From assembly GCF_001194135.2 (NCBI RefSeq), contig NC_068999.1:24803255-24867254 (forward strand): a DNA stretch of 64,000 bases, written 5' to 3'. A model generated the notes under the pieces. It had not been told where the DNA came from. It did not search any database and saw nothing but the letters and a program-made list of their open reading frames with translations. The translations under genes and the position numbers were made by a program. Source of the DNA: Octopus bimaculoides (taxonomy: Eukaryota). Below, piece after piece: positions 50,610-62,268 of the stretch; within the stretch, counting starts at the first letter, position 1; the number at the start of each line of letters is the position of its first letter.

Positions 50610-52250
50610 ATCATTATCATCATCTTCTTTCAGCTCTGATTCCATTTCTTGCTAAGTGTCTTCCTAAGACCCAGAGGAGAAAAACGCACAGTGTCCATTG
50701 GTAGGCCATTAAAATAAACACACCAGATTGTTCATTTACAAAGTCATGTGATAGAGAAAAGGGGGGAAGAAAGACAGAGAAAAAAAGGGAAAAATAAAAA
50801 TAAAAAAGTAAAGAAAGAAAATAAAGGGGAAAAGGGGAAAGAAAATATTCACAGCGATAAGTTCTTCTCAGTACGTGTGACATACCAGTTAAGATAATCT
50901 TTTGCATTTCCTGCATGGTTAGTAAGCCAGGGATCATTCTTAAATAATTTTCAGTTCCTTTTTTGATTATTCCAAATGCTCTTACAATAACTGGTATAGT
51001 AACCGTCTTGAGATGCTATATCTTTTCGATTTCAATTAGCAAATCTTTATAGTTTCTGAGCTTATCAAATTATTTTGCTGAGATATTATGGTCACAGGAT
51101 ATGCTCATGTCAATCAATAAACAGACTTTATTGTTTTGATCTTTCACAACAATATCTGGTTTATTTACTTTGATGGTCCAGTCTGTACATACTGGAAAGT
51201 CCCAAAGAATAGTTACATTTTCTGCCTTAGTTACAGCCTCAGGGTGGTGCTTGTAACATTTGTAAGCAATTTTGATTTTATAATGCTGACATATTATTCA
51301 ATGTAGAAATTGGCCAACTCTGTCATGTCTTGTTTTGTACTCTACAGGTGCTAAAACCTTACATCCAGAGATTAGGTGGTATACTGTTTTAATCCTGTCA
51401 TTGCAGCATTAGCACTTTGGGTCTACACCATTTTTCATCACATTGACTTGATAGTTCTAGATCAATAAGCTCTGATCTTGAGCAGCCAAGATAAAGCTTT
51501 CACTCTCTTCCTTTAACCCTGAGCTCCGTAGCCACTGATGAGTGTGCCTCTGGTCTACATCAGCTTGTTTGCTACAGGCCACATATTTGCCATGCAGAGG
51601 TCTTTGTTCCCACCTATCAGCCAATTGTTCAAACGCATTTTGCTTTGCTATCGATTTCACCTTCTTTGCAACTACAGTTGCTGCACTTCTCGCATGCTGT
51701 TCAACCTAGGTATTATGGGTATTAAAATTTTTTGCTCTTCTTCATTACAGAATGAATTAGCATCCAGTTATTAGATGTTTCAAGATATTTTGCCAGTCCA
51801 ATTGTGGTAGTTTTGTAAAATCCTTCAAACTGGATCAAGCCTTGACCTCCTTGAGCTCTGGGTAGGTAAAGACAATTTGCATCTGCCTTTAGGTGGTGCA
51901 TGTTACTGCAAGTCAGCAGCTTACAGATTTTCCAGTTAATCTTCCTTATTTTGTTCATATTCCAGTTCAACACATTGAAACTGTAAATAACAACCGGGAT
52001 TGCTAAGGAATTTATAGCTAACTCCTTGTTATGTGCATTTAACTTGGATTCTAGGACTGCTCGAACTCTCGTGTAACATTCCTTCCTGATCTCTCTTTCA
52101 TGCTGAATGCCAGAGCCCTCATTTATACTGAGGTATTTGTAAGTTTGTTATCTTCAACATCCCTATGAAATGGCCCATGCATTCTTTTCTTTATCCACCT
52201 ATTTTCAGTTTCATTCATTCTCAAGTGCTTGTACAGTGCTTTATCTTTGC
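50610..52250 (-). mobile_element. R4/Dong-like non-LTR retrotransposon with restriction-like endonuclease (copy A)
   Basis: LYLPRAQGGQGL, WEQRPLHGKY, QWLRSSGLK.ESESFILAAQDQSL, C*CCNDRIKTVYHLISGC (CCHC), ILWDF..NKPDIVVK..LIDMSI (PD-D), TIPVIVRAFG, then 3' UTR and (TAA)n. Confidence 0.9.
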
Positions 52251-52389
52251 AATCTTCCATCTTATACAAGCCTGACCTTCTTACTTCCAATAATAGCGGT
52301 TCTGTGGCATTTTTTACACACTATGCTATGTTTCTGATGCAAGAGGACTTCAGTATAGACTCAATTGAGGTTCCTCACTGATCTATGGT

Positions 52390-54040
52390 CCCTTGAAAAC
52401 CAAGGGTGATTGCTTTCTATAGCAGTCACTCTCCAAACTACGGGTGCATACTTTAAAATGGTCCCATCTACTCTTGCCATTTTCTCGATACCCATCCATC
52501 AGCACCTCCCTCTCAACCCTCATATTTCTTTTCAAATGAAGACTGAAAAAGTCGATGAGAAGTTGACCAAAGAAGAAGGCATCTGTTCTCAAACCTCTCA
52601 ACCTCGTCTAACACACAACCCCTTTTGTTATAGTCATCACACAAAGAAAAACAGATTTCCCAGCCTAATTAAAAGAGGGCGGCAGGGCAATCATCATCAT
52701 GAACTCGGTTGATAACCAGAGCTCACCCATATGTGATTGCAGCTATATGTCGCTCTGCACACATCTCAGACAGAAGTGTTTGATGGTGCTTCCATGCCTG
52801 TAGATTTTATCTCGCACCAGTAGTGGCCTTCTGTAGTCCTGCAAGGCCAAAATCTCCTGGAAGTTACAAAAATGAAGAAGGCATGAAAGACATTATGCAA
52901 TTGAAGTAGAGACAAATTAAAAATAGTTAAAACAAATAATCACACAGAAACAAATAAAAGGCACAATAATTTAAAACAAGACAAAATTAAAATCTGCAAA
53001 ACATTTTAGGCTCTCATCCACACTTGAATGAGAAACCACCTGCAAAGTCAGGTTACTACACCTTGCATGTCATCAACACTTCTGGAGTGGTTTGGGTTTT
53101 AATAACAACTACATCTTCATAATATACCTGTCTTATTTTATTGTAATATCTTTGTAGCTATTACTAACAACCTGTCCTTCATGAATTTCTTATATTCCAA
53201 GCCTATCTGTGCCTCAGTCAGTTTTACACCACCAGAATATCCCTTGCAACATAACTTCATCATTTTTATTATTGCTCTGAGGAGGGATACCATTGTTGCT
53301 TTGGAAAAGTTGTCTCTTCTCATTAGTTCTCATATTTTTTGTTTCCTGTTTCACTTTCCTTTTCTTTGCAATTTCTTTCTCCTTTTTCTTTTTCCATTCC
53401 CTCGATAATTTTAGTATTTTTTCTTCAGAACCATTACTTTTCTTTCATCACATGCTGATGGAGTGGTGCTGCTGGTTGCTACAGTCAGGAGACTGGGTGG
53501 CTACTCACTTATTTCCAAGATAAAGATGAGGTGATATCCAACTCTACCACAGCTGTGATTGTTTGTGCTCTTGAAACTGGGGCTTTCTTTCTAATTTCCT
53601 TTCCTAGTCTTTCTGTTTCTTTGGAGGAAAATAATCTCTCAAGTGATTTTTACTGTCACATGTGTAACAATTAGGCCTTCTTCTCAGTACCATCAGTCTC
53701 ATATCCTTTGCCTCACTGCCTTCAACTGTGTGCAGTCCTGATAAGATCTTGTAGCCTTTGGAGGTCAATAGTTCTTGCAAATGACCCTGCTTCCTCAAAA
53801 CATATGGTCTCTTCATCAAATATGTTTTAACTTCCTGTCTATACTGCAATACAAAAGTGAGACCCATACAATTTCCAGTGTCTCTTCTTGTCATCCTTGC
53901 ATTTCTTTTCCCCATATACTGGGGCAACAACTGTATGGGTGGAGGTATATCAAGTTATTTCAGTCTGTATTTCTGGTTGAATCTTTGTTCTTGAAAGTGC
54001 AGCAGACCAGTACCATAACCCTCTACAGTTTTGATTGAGA
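52390..54040 (-). mobile_element. Tx1-like element, internally deleted (ORF1 zinc knuckle, RT remnant, C-terminus)
   Basis: RRPNCYTCDSKNHL (CCHC-like), FSKATMVSLLR...LEYKKF (RT start), VRDKIYRHGSTIKHFCLRC, GLRTDAFFFGQLLIDFFSLHLKRNMRVER. Confidence 0.7.
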
Positions 54041-56215
54041 GAATTTCTCCTTAAAATTTCTGAGTCTATTCTAACACCTGTCTTAACCCTTTAAAACATA
54101 GGTGTATTATTTTTTCTCTTCAATCACTCCTGAATTAGATTCTACAGTAAAGAGATACTTGACAAAATTCTCCAAATTAATTCTTTTTTTTTCTCTTAGG
54201 AATTGTGTTAAAATTCTTAAAAATGTAAGAAACACAAATAATTGCAAGGAATAAATGGAAAAGAAAAGTGTAATCAACCATGCAGTAATTAAAACTAGAT
54301 AATCTATGTAACGTTTTTAATTTTCCCTGCCCAGATTACATCTTTTTATGTATCAGCTCTACATCTATGTATTACTTAATGCTGGTAATTCCAGCACCCT
54401 CTTTGATCATTTTGAGCAAGGAAGAGCCTAAAAGTCTGTAATATGCTGTATAAATGGCTCCCAGTTTCTTCTCACAATTTCTTTAATTTTATTTGTTATC
54501 TCTACCACACCCCAAATGTTTTCAATCATTGTTAGCTTCTACCTATTTTACATCTTGCTTTAAAGATATCTTACTTCACATTTCTTTAAAGTGGTTATCC
54601 TTATTGACCTCTATATACTCAGCTTCACTAGATTATCACACTTCTCCTACTAAACTGCTACTGCAGAAGCTGAAACAATGTTTGCTTTCTGAAGTGTTTG
54701 CCTGTTAGTATTTACATATTCTTGCATCCCTGACAGTTTTGCTAATCCAACTAGGCACTTCAGAGAGAGCTTATATCTCCCTCAGAATTCTTCAGTCCCT
54801 TCTGAAACATATCCCAATTTTTTTTATCATACACTTCAGTAAGTTCCTCTGCTATGTAATTCTCTAAAGGTCTCTCACCTTTGGGAACTTTGGTGGCATT
54901 GGCATCAGCAAAACCTGTAACCATGTCAGGTAAAAAAACACTCTGGACTAAGACATTTTCTCAGCTTGCATTTTTATCGTTTCGGCTCAGAAACCTTCTT
55001 GCTTTGGCTCAGAAACCTTCTTGTCATACTATAACTTTGCAACATGTTAAGTCAGCAAGGTCTTCAATTCACATTTTTATCAACTGAAGGTTCAGCAACA
55101 TCAGTCAGTTTCTCCTTCAGCACAATAACAAGTAACAACTCACAATCTTTTACTCTGTCTTCACTTTTGCTTGTATACTCTCAAACACGTAAAGCTAAGC
55201 ATATACTGCTTCCATAAATGAAGAATTTTAAAACATTATTAAAGTTTGTATGGATGGATGGTTAGGAGGCATGATATTCCAGCTTGGTTCAGTAATACAA
55301 ACACTCAATCTCAATTCATATCCAAGAAACAAATGTATATCTCCCCTACCTCAGACCAGGGCTGTTGGTGCCCTGGGCAAGCCGTGGCCTGTACAAGCTG
55401 ACAGTCATGGAGATTCCCTTGTCTTTGTTACACCCTCTTTGGCACCCCCTAGCACATGGTGCTCCAGTACCTTGAGTCTCCCCTGCCTCAGGCCACTTAA
55501 CCATCCCATCTTTCATCCTTTTTTTTTCAACCTTACAGTGCTCCACCACCTGCTAAACACTTCGTCTAGTTCTTCTTCCTCATGTTGGAACCCTTTGGAA
55601 TTCACATAATATGATTTTTCTGCAGGGACCAACCTACATATATTCAGATTGAACACCAACCACACCAATCTCACAAAGGAAAATACCTTTGTGCAGTTGC
55701 TCAACCTGCTTAAAATAGCATCAAAATCTCCCCCAAATCTCACTCTACAATCATAAAAACAGGAATGACACATTAGTTAAAGCTTTTATGTCTGGGTTTA
55801 ATTATTCTACAATGTTTTCTGGTTATGTCAATAATCTGATTGATTTGCTTCCCAATTAAAAGTATACCTAATGTCAAAAACTATAAGTAAGTCACACCCA
55901 CTTAAATCTTTTATATTTGTTTTTTATCTGCATAGAAACTAGCTGACACATTTATACATTTCACATTTTATACAAAAATCACTGACATCACTTCTAGTAG
56001 AGATGTGTAGGTGCAATTTTTTCTTAACCCTTTCATCCAATCAACTTTGATTCAGAATTCAGAATCTGAAAAGAGGAAAGTTGTTACTTCTTGATGTGTA
56101 GAGATGAGATTGCTTCTTTCACATACTAAAACACAATACTAAACTTACATTTTCTTTAAAAACACAAAACTGAATATTTACAATAATAACAATAAGAATG
56201 AAATACACTCCTTAC

Positions 56216-56406
56216 CAAGCGTAAAGTAAGTACTAGACATGGGGATTGGTTTTCACTTGGGTTGTATCCAAAAGTATTTTCCTTGACACATAGTTTCCCA
56301 GCCCTTTTAAGGGGAAATCGGCACACTTTATCCACAAATGGACTGCATGTCATTAAACCATGGCATTTTATAAACTTGTCAGTTGCTTGTTTCTCCTCCT
56401 TGTAAG
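56216..56406 (-). CDS. ATP1B: Na+/K+-ATPase beta-subunit family exon (disulfide region 1-2)
   Basis: ttcttttgtag|CT...TTG|gtaagg; YKEEKQATDKFIKCHGLMTCSPFVDKVCRFPLKRAGKLCVKENTFGYNPSENQSPCLVLTLRL, with the C...CxF...C...FGY...PC pattern; 191 nt. Confidence 0.9.
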
Positions 56407-57514
56407 CTACAAAAGAAAAGAAAATTAACATATATTGGAAAAAATTCCTTCATCTCCAGAACAAAGTGTGTTATTGATTAAATCTTTGATAGCAATCAGT
56501 CTGTGGCTGTTACGGCCATATAACAGCAACTCTCCCATTTGATAATGTTCATATTTAAATCAAAACTTTCCATCATAATTTTATGTAAAAATCTTTTAAG
56601 ACATATTCCAACTCCCATGTTAAGATATATTCTAAATCCCTCCAAATTTTTGATTATTTTCAAACTCAATAGAAAATAGAAATAATACATTTCATTAGAA
56701 ATATGGTCATGAACTCAAGATACAGAAGTGGATTAGATGAATTGACACTACTGAAACACTTCACAATTAGTCTTACTGATTAGTAATGTAGTAATCTAAT
56801 TAGACTGATTTAATTAAGATTTGTCGAATCCATGAAGTTATAAAGTTAGTTCTTTAAAAACACATATTTTTAGATAGAGAAATAGATTGTCAGGCATACA
56901 AATTTAGGGATACATTCAAACATGATGGTCATCTGCTCCTTCAGAGCTTGACCTATTCTTGTAGCTATAATTGCTTGAATTCGTTGGTAGAGGATTCGCT
57001 GGTCACAGAGTGAGGCAACTGTTGTTGTTGTTAGTTCTAATTCATTGTAAAGCAAATACCACTATGAGTGATATCCAGACTACAGTGGAAAGGGCAAACC
57101 ACTGGATTTGGTTAGAAGAATATTGAGCAAAACCTAATAACCAGTCGATCTAGCAAGTGGGACTTCATTTCAGTGAGGTGGGCTGGTGTGCAATGATGTT
57201 GTTGAGAAAAAGGCCCCAAAATGGTGTGCATTCTCTCCTGATGACCCCATAAACTTGCTTTCAACTGGTAGCACTTGCATCTGCAAGTTGTTTGTAAAAA
57301 ATCTGAAATGGCTTTTGAGCTCTGATAAATGGCAGCAATGTCTCATTTTCAGCATTGGCTCCTTTTTCTGCTTGTTTTTTGTGAATGTTTAAATTGCACT
57401 TTCTATCGAAAGACTTGCAGGTTTTTCGATAGACATTGCATTAAAACTAGTTATCAGCAATGAAATTCCAATAGTTCATGTATGCCTTACCCACATGGTC
57501 ATACTGGTGTGATA

Positions 57515-57618
57515 TCATACCAGTGTCAGATATGCATACTTTTGTGCATAAAGAACATTTAAAGAAGGAATGAGAAACTCATACATACATGCATGCATGC
57601 ATACATACATACATACAT

Positions 57619-57655
<37 letters not shown>

Positions 57656-57800
57656 TACATACATACATACATACATACATACACACACATGCATACATAC
57701 ATACATACACATGCATGCATACATACATACATACATACATACATTCATACATACATACATACATACATACGTACGTACATATGTATTGTGTGTATGAGAG
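57515..57800. repeat. (TACA)n/(CA)n microsatellite
   Basis: Direct inspection. Confidence 0.9.
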
Positions 57801-58037
57801 GGAGAGAGAAAGAGATGTGAAGAGAGGAAACATTCATATTAAGATGGTAGAAATCTTTTCTTTCACTTTAAAAAAGAAACAAGTCTATGTAAAATACTGA
57901 ACAGATCTTTAATTATTTTGTTATGGTTATGAATAAACCATTCAAAAATTTAGTTTTGTTGCTTTTTTGCTTCTTTTGGAAACTGAAATAAACAAATAAT
58001 AGAAGGTAGAAATTCTAAAATAGTAAAATAAACTGAC

Positions 58038-58139
58038 CTTCCAGGAATTCATCTAGTTGAGTCATGTAGTTTTCTATTGATTCATCACTCTCCCTAAGGT
58101 GTATTAATCCTCCAACTGGCTTTGGATGGGCAAATAAAC
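58038..58139 (-). CDS. ATP1B: Na+/K+-ATPase beta-subunit family gene, first coding exon visible
   Basis: Minus strand tttttctgtag|GT...GAAG|gtcagt; (G)LFAHPKPVGGLIHLRESDESIENYMTQLDEFLE(A), matching the post-TM PGL..P and Y...L..FL segment; 102 nt, phase 1 to 1. Symbol is family level only. Confidence 0.85.
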
Positions 58140-58472
58140 CTACAGAAAAAAAAACATTAAGAGTTTCAATGAAAATAAAATATCATACATATATAAATAA
58201 ATATATATATATGTGAGTGTGTGTGTGCGTGTGTGTTACATTATATAATATAATGTAACCACGTGTGTATCATTGGAGGTTTTCTTCCTCCGTCTTCCCT
58301 TCCCTTGGGCTTTCCTCTATTTCTGAAGAAGAGCTTTGCTCAAAACATTAAATCCTCTTTCCTTCCTTTCCTGAGCATCTTATAATACACTACTGGTACC
58401 ATATCCTCGCGTTATTGTCTTTCCTTGTTTGTTCTTCTTTGTTTGGATTCACTATATATAATATATATATAC

Positions 58473-59175
58473 AGGTGCAGGAGTGGCTGTGTGGTAAGTA
58501 GCCTGCTTACCAACCACATGGTTCCAGGTTCAGCCCCACTGCATGAAACCTTGGATAAATGTCTTCTACTATAGTGTCGGGCCGACCAAAGCCTTGTGAG
58601 TGGATTTGGTAGGCAGAAACTGAAGGAAACCCATTGTATCATCATCATCATCATCATCGTTTAACGTCCGCTTTCCATGCTAGCATGGGTTGGAAGATTT
58701 GACTGAGGACTGGTGCAACCGGATGGCTACACCAGGCTCCAATCTAATTTGGCAGAGTTTCTACAGCTGGGTGCCCTTCCTAACGCCAACCACTCCGAGA
58801 GTGTAGTGGGTGCTTTTACGTGTCACCCGCACGAAAACGGCCACGCTCGAAATGGTGTCTTTTATGTGCCACCCATATATATATATAAATATATATATAT
58901 ATANNNNNNNNNNNNNNNNNNNNNNNNNNNNNNNNNNNNNNNNNNNNNNNNNNNNNNNNNNNNNNNNNNNNNNNNNNNNNNNNNNNNNNNNNNNNNNNNN
59001 NNNNNNNNNNNNNNNNNNNNNNNNNNNNNNNNNNNNNNTCGTAACTTAGTGGTCCGACAAAGTACTAGAATAAGTACTAGGCTTACAAAGAATAAATCCT
59101 GAGGTCAACTTGTTTGACTAAAGACAATGCTCCAGCTTGGCGACAGTCAAATTACTGAAACAAATAAAAGAAAAA
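58473..59175 (+). mobile_element. SINE family A interrupted by a family C copy and a gap
   Basis: Head caggagtggctgtgtggtaagtagc at 58473; (CAT)n plus family C at 58640-58875; 3' module at 59039-59175. Confidence 0.8.
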
Positions 59176-59191
59176 TAAAAGAAGAAATATG

Positions 59192-59236
<45 letters not shown>

Positions 59237-59804
59237 CAACCATACATACTTGATGTACACAGCTTGTGTGTTTGCAGATAGGTTGTGATTAGGCATGTTG
59301 GAGATTACTCACTCAAAGTGCCTGGTATTCAAACACTTGGAAATCATGGACAGACAAGATAATTCACCCCAAATCCCATTCAGCAGTGATGAACATTGAT
59401 GTTTTGACATTTTTGTAGTTTATCAACATCACTTACCCAAACCAAATCAGAAGTTAATTGCAAAACCAGTCCATGGCTTATATGCATATTGTGTAAAATC
59501 TATGTGTTGGTATGCCCCAACAATGCATACATAAGAATAAATTCAAATATGAAATAGAAGCAGTGCAAGAGTGATAAACATTATTGACCACATATACTTA
59601 ACATACATTACATGACCTGTGTGTTTGCCGGTAGGTAAAACAACTCACCCCAAATCCCATTTAACATTGATGTTATGCCATTTTTGTGGCTTATTAACAC
59701 CATGCATCCAAAACAAATTGGATGTGACCACACAAGCTAATATGTGTGGTTGATAAAGCTTATTACATCAGCACTTCTTCTACTTCATATTTGAATATAT
59801 ATAT

Positions 59805-60275
59805 GGTAAGAAGCTTGCTTCCCAACCACATAGTTATGTGTTCAGTCCCACTGCATGGCACCTTTGGCCAGTGTCTTCTACTATAGCCTCAGGCTGACTA
59901 AAGCCTTGTGAGTGGATTTGGTAGATGGAAACTGAAAGAAGCCTATCATATATATGTGTGTGTGTATGTATGTATGTATGTGTATGTGTGTGTATGTGTG
60001 TGTGTGCACATGTGTGTGTGTGTGCGCATGTGTGTGTGTGCGTATGTGTATTTGGGTGTGTGTCTGTGTTTGTCCCCCCCATCATCGCTTGACAGCTGAT
60101 GTTGGTGTGTTTATGTCCCTGTAACTTAGCGGTTCAACAAAGTAGACTGATAGAATAAGTACTAGGTTTACAAAGAAGAAGTCCTGGGGTCGATTTGTTT
60201 GACTAAAGGTGGTGTTCCAGCATGGCCACAGTCAATTGACTCAAAACAAGTAAAAGAATAAAAGACTATAAAAGA
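59805..60275 (+). mobile_element. SINE family A, full structure
   Basis: Head, (TG)n/(TATG)n core, 3' module ending gactcaaaacaagtaaaagaataaaag. Confidence 0.85.
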
Positions 60276-60519
60276 ATATATATATATTAATTGAAGTGTA
60301 CAGTATTATATATCCATTACGGTTGATCTTACCAATCGATTTTGCCCTAGGGGTTCAACAGAGTGTTAGGTAACAGTTCAGTTATGTAACCCTGTGTATA
60401 TATAATGTAGGGTAAAATCCCAGCTGTTTCCTCTTGAAGCATATCTGCTTATTCCATTATTACAATCCAGTATGTAGTTGCTATCATTTTAATATAGATG
60501 AAAATTACATATTCTTTTC

Positions 60520-60960
60520 TACTCTAGGCACAAGGCCCAAAATTTTTGGCAAGGGGGGGGGGGCAGTCGATTAGATCGACCCCAGTATGCAACTGGTACT
60601 TAATTTATCAACCCCAAAAGGATGAAAGGCAAAGTCGACCTTGGTGGAATTTGAACTCAGAGCGTAAAGACAGATGAAATACCACTAAGCATTTCGCCCG
60701 GTGTGCTAACGTTTCTGCCAGCTCATTGCCTTTGAAAATGTACTAATGATCCTTTCTACTCAAGGCACAAGACCTGAAATTTTCGGGAGGAGGATACTCG
60801 ATTACATTGACTTCAGTGTTTTACTGGTATTTAGTTTATCGACCCCGAGAGGATGAAAGGCAAAGTCAACCTTGGCGGAATTTGAACTTACAACGTTGCA
60901 ACAGGCAAAATACTGCTAAGTATTTCGTCCAGTGTGCTAACAATTCTTCCAGCTCGCTAC
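60520..60960 (-). mobile_element. Two tandem SINE family B copies
   Basis: ggcacaag...gacc..ggatgaaaggcaaagtc..gaatttgaact..gctaac..gccagctc, present twice. Confidence 0.9.
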
Positions 60961-61012
60961 TTTAAAACTTAGAAAATGTTGTTTGCAGAGTTTTAGTATA
61001 TCAAACCAGAAA

Positions 61013-61157
61013 GTTGGAAAATTTATTGGTATTATTTATTCACCATTACACACGTTTCATTTGCTAACATTTTACATGTTAGATAAAACTTTGTACTGCT
61101 TATTAGCAAATGAAACATATGCAATGGTGAATAGATAATACCAATAAATTTTCCAAC
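61013..61157. mobile_element. Fold-back MITE derivative (55-bp arms)
   Basis: 61013-61067 is the reverse complement of 61103-61157 with 4 transitions. Confidence 0.85.
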
Positions 61158-61179
61158 TCCTTGTTTTGTTTCATATATG

Positions 61180-61218
<39 letters not shown>

Positions 61219-62204
61219 GTAAATAAATATGTCTATGAGTATGTTTGTGTACAAAGAGAAACTGCAATAACAATTTTAAAAGCCTGCATTCCAAATTAAA
61301 TTTTATTTTGACAGTTTAAGTTGAAGGTGCATCAATTGAAACTCTAATCATAAAACAAGAGAAATAAATAATATTGACATGATATGATGAATTTTTCAGG
61401 AAAAAATACTGAGATAATTTTTCATTTATTTTATTTGTTATATTTTTGTAATGAAACTATAGTATAAACCTTGATTATTTTTCCTAAAATATTGAACTGT
61501 CAGTCATACATTCCTTACAAAAGGTATTCTTTCACTTCTCACTTCTTTATTCTTTCGCTTCTTACTTTCTTGATGCTGAACTACAGCATGTTACATGTAC
61601 TGTTAACAATCTTACCAACAAAACATCTTAATTTTATTTATCTCTGATTATTTCCTTTACTTTTTACTATTTTATACTCATTTTTTCTCAAAGTTTGCTT
61701 GAGTGGGCATGTGTACCATGGTTCAATTATATTATTACACCTAAATACTCTTCTTAAGACACAGAACCTATTTTTTTCTTTCACATAGGCAAACTATAAC
61801 ATACAAAGCAAAATGTTTTATAAGGAAGACCTGAACTTATGACTGCTACTGCCTCTTACATTTCCTTATGAATTAAAGTTTACATGATTAGTAAATAAAT
61901 AACTAAATAAATTGATAAAAAACCTTTCAAATATTCTTTAATACAAAACCTTTCAAATATTTTTAATATAAATTTGTTTGACACATTTCAGGTATCCCAT
62001 TTACTATATCAGCAATGTGTAGTTTGACAGATTAAAAGAGATTATTTCATCAAAAGAATAATTTGTATAGTTTTGTAGTTCAACTAAATTTGTGTATACC
62101 ATATGTTGCATGGAGAAATATGTCATATGTCACATTATTTTAATATAACATCCTCTACCTGCCAGCTAGCTAAAGTTGAAAAAACAAAAATCCTCTTGTA
62201 AACA

Positions 62205-62268
<64 letters not shown>

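Noticed and set aside
55500-55780. GGDFDAIL motif suggesting an APE endonuclease fragment
   Set aside because: A single short motif in decayed sequence; too weak to annotate.
60327-60400. Minus-strand segment ending TLLNP near a gtaag donor, considered as the missing TM/NPG exon of the beta subunit
   Set aside because: An in-frame TAG follows, there is no hydrophobic TM segment, and the phase does not fit; the exon probably lies beyond the window or in a gap.
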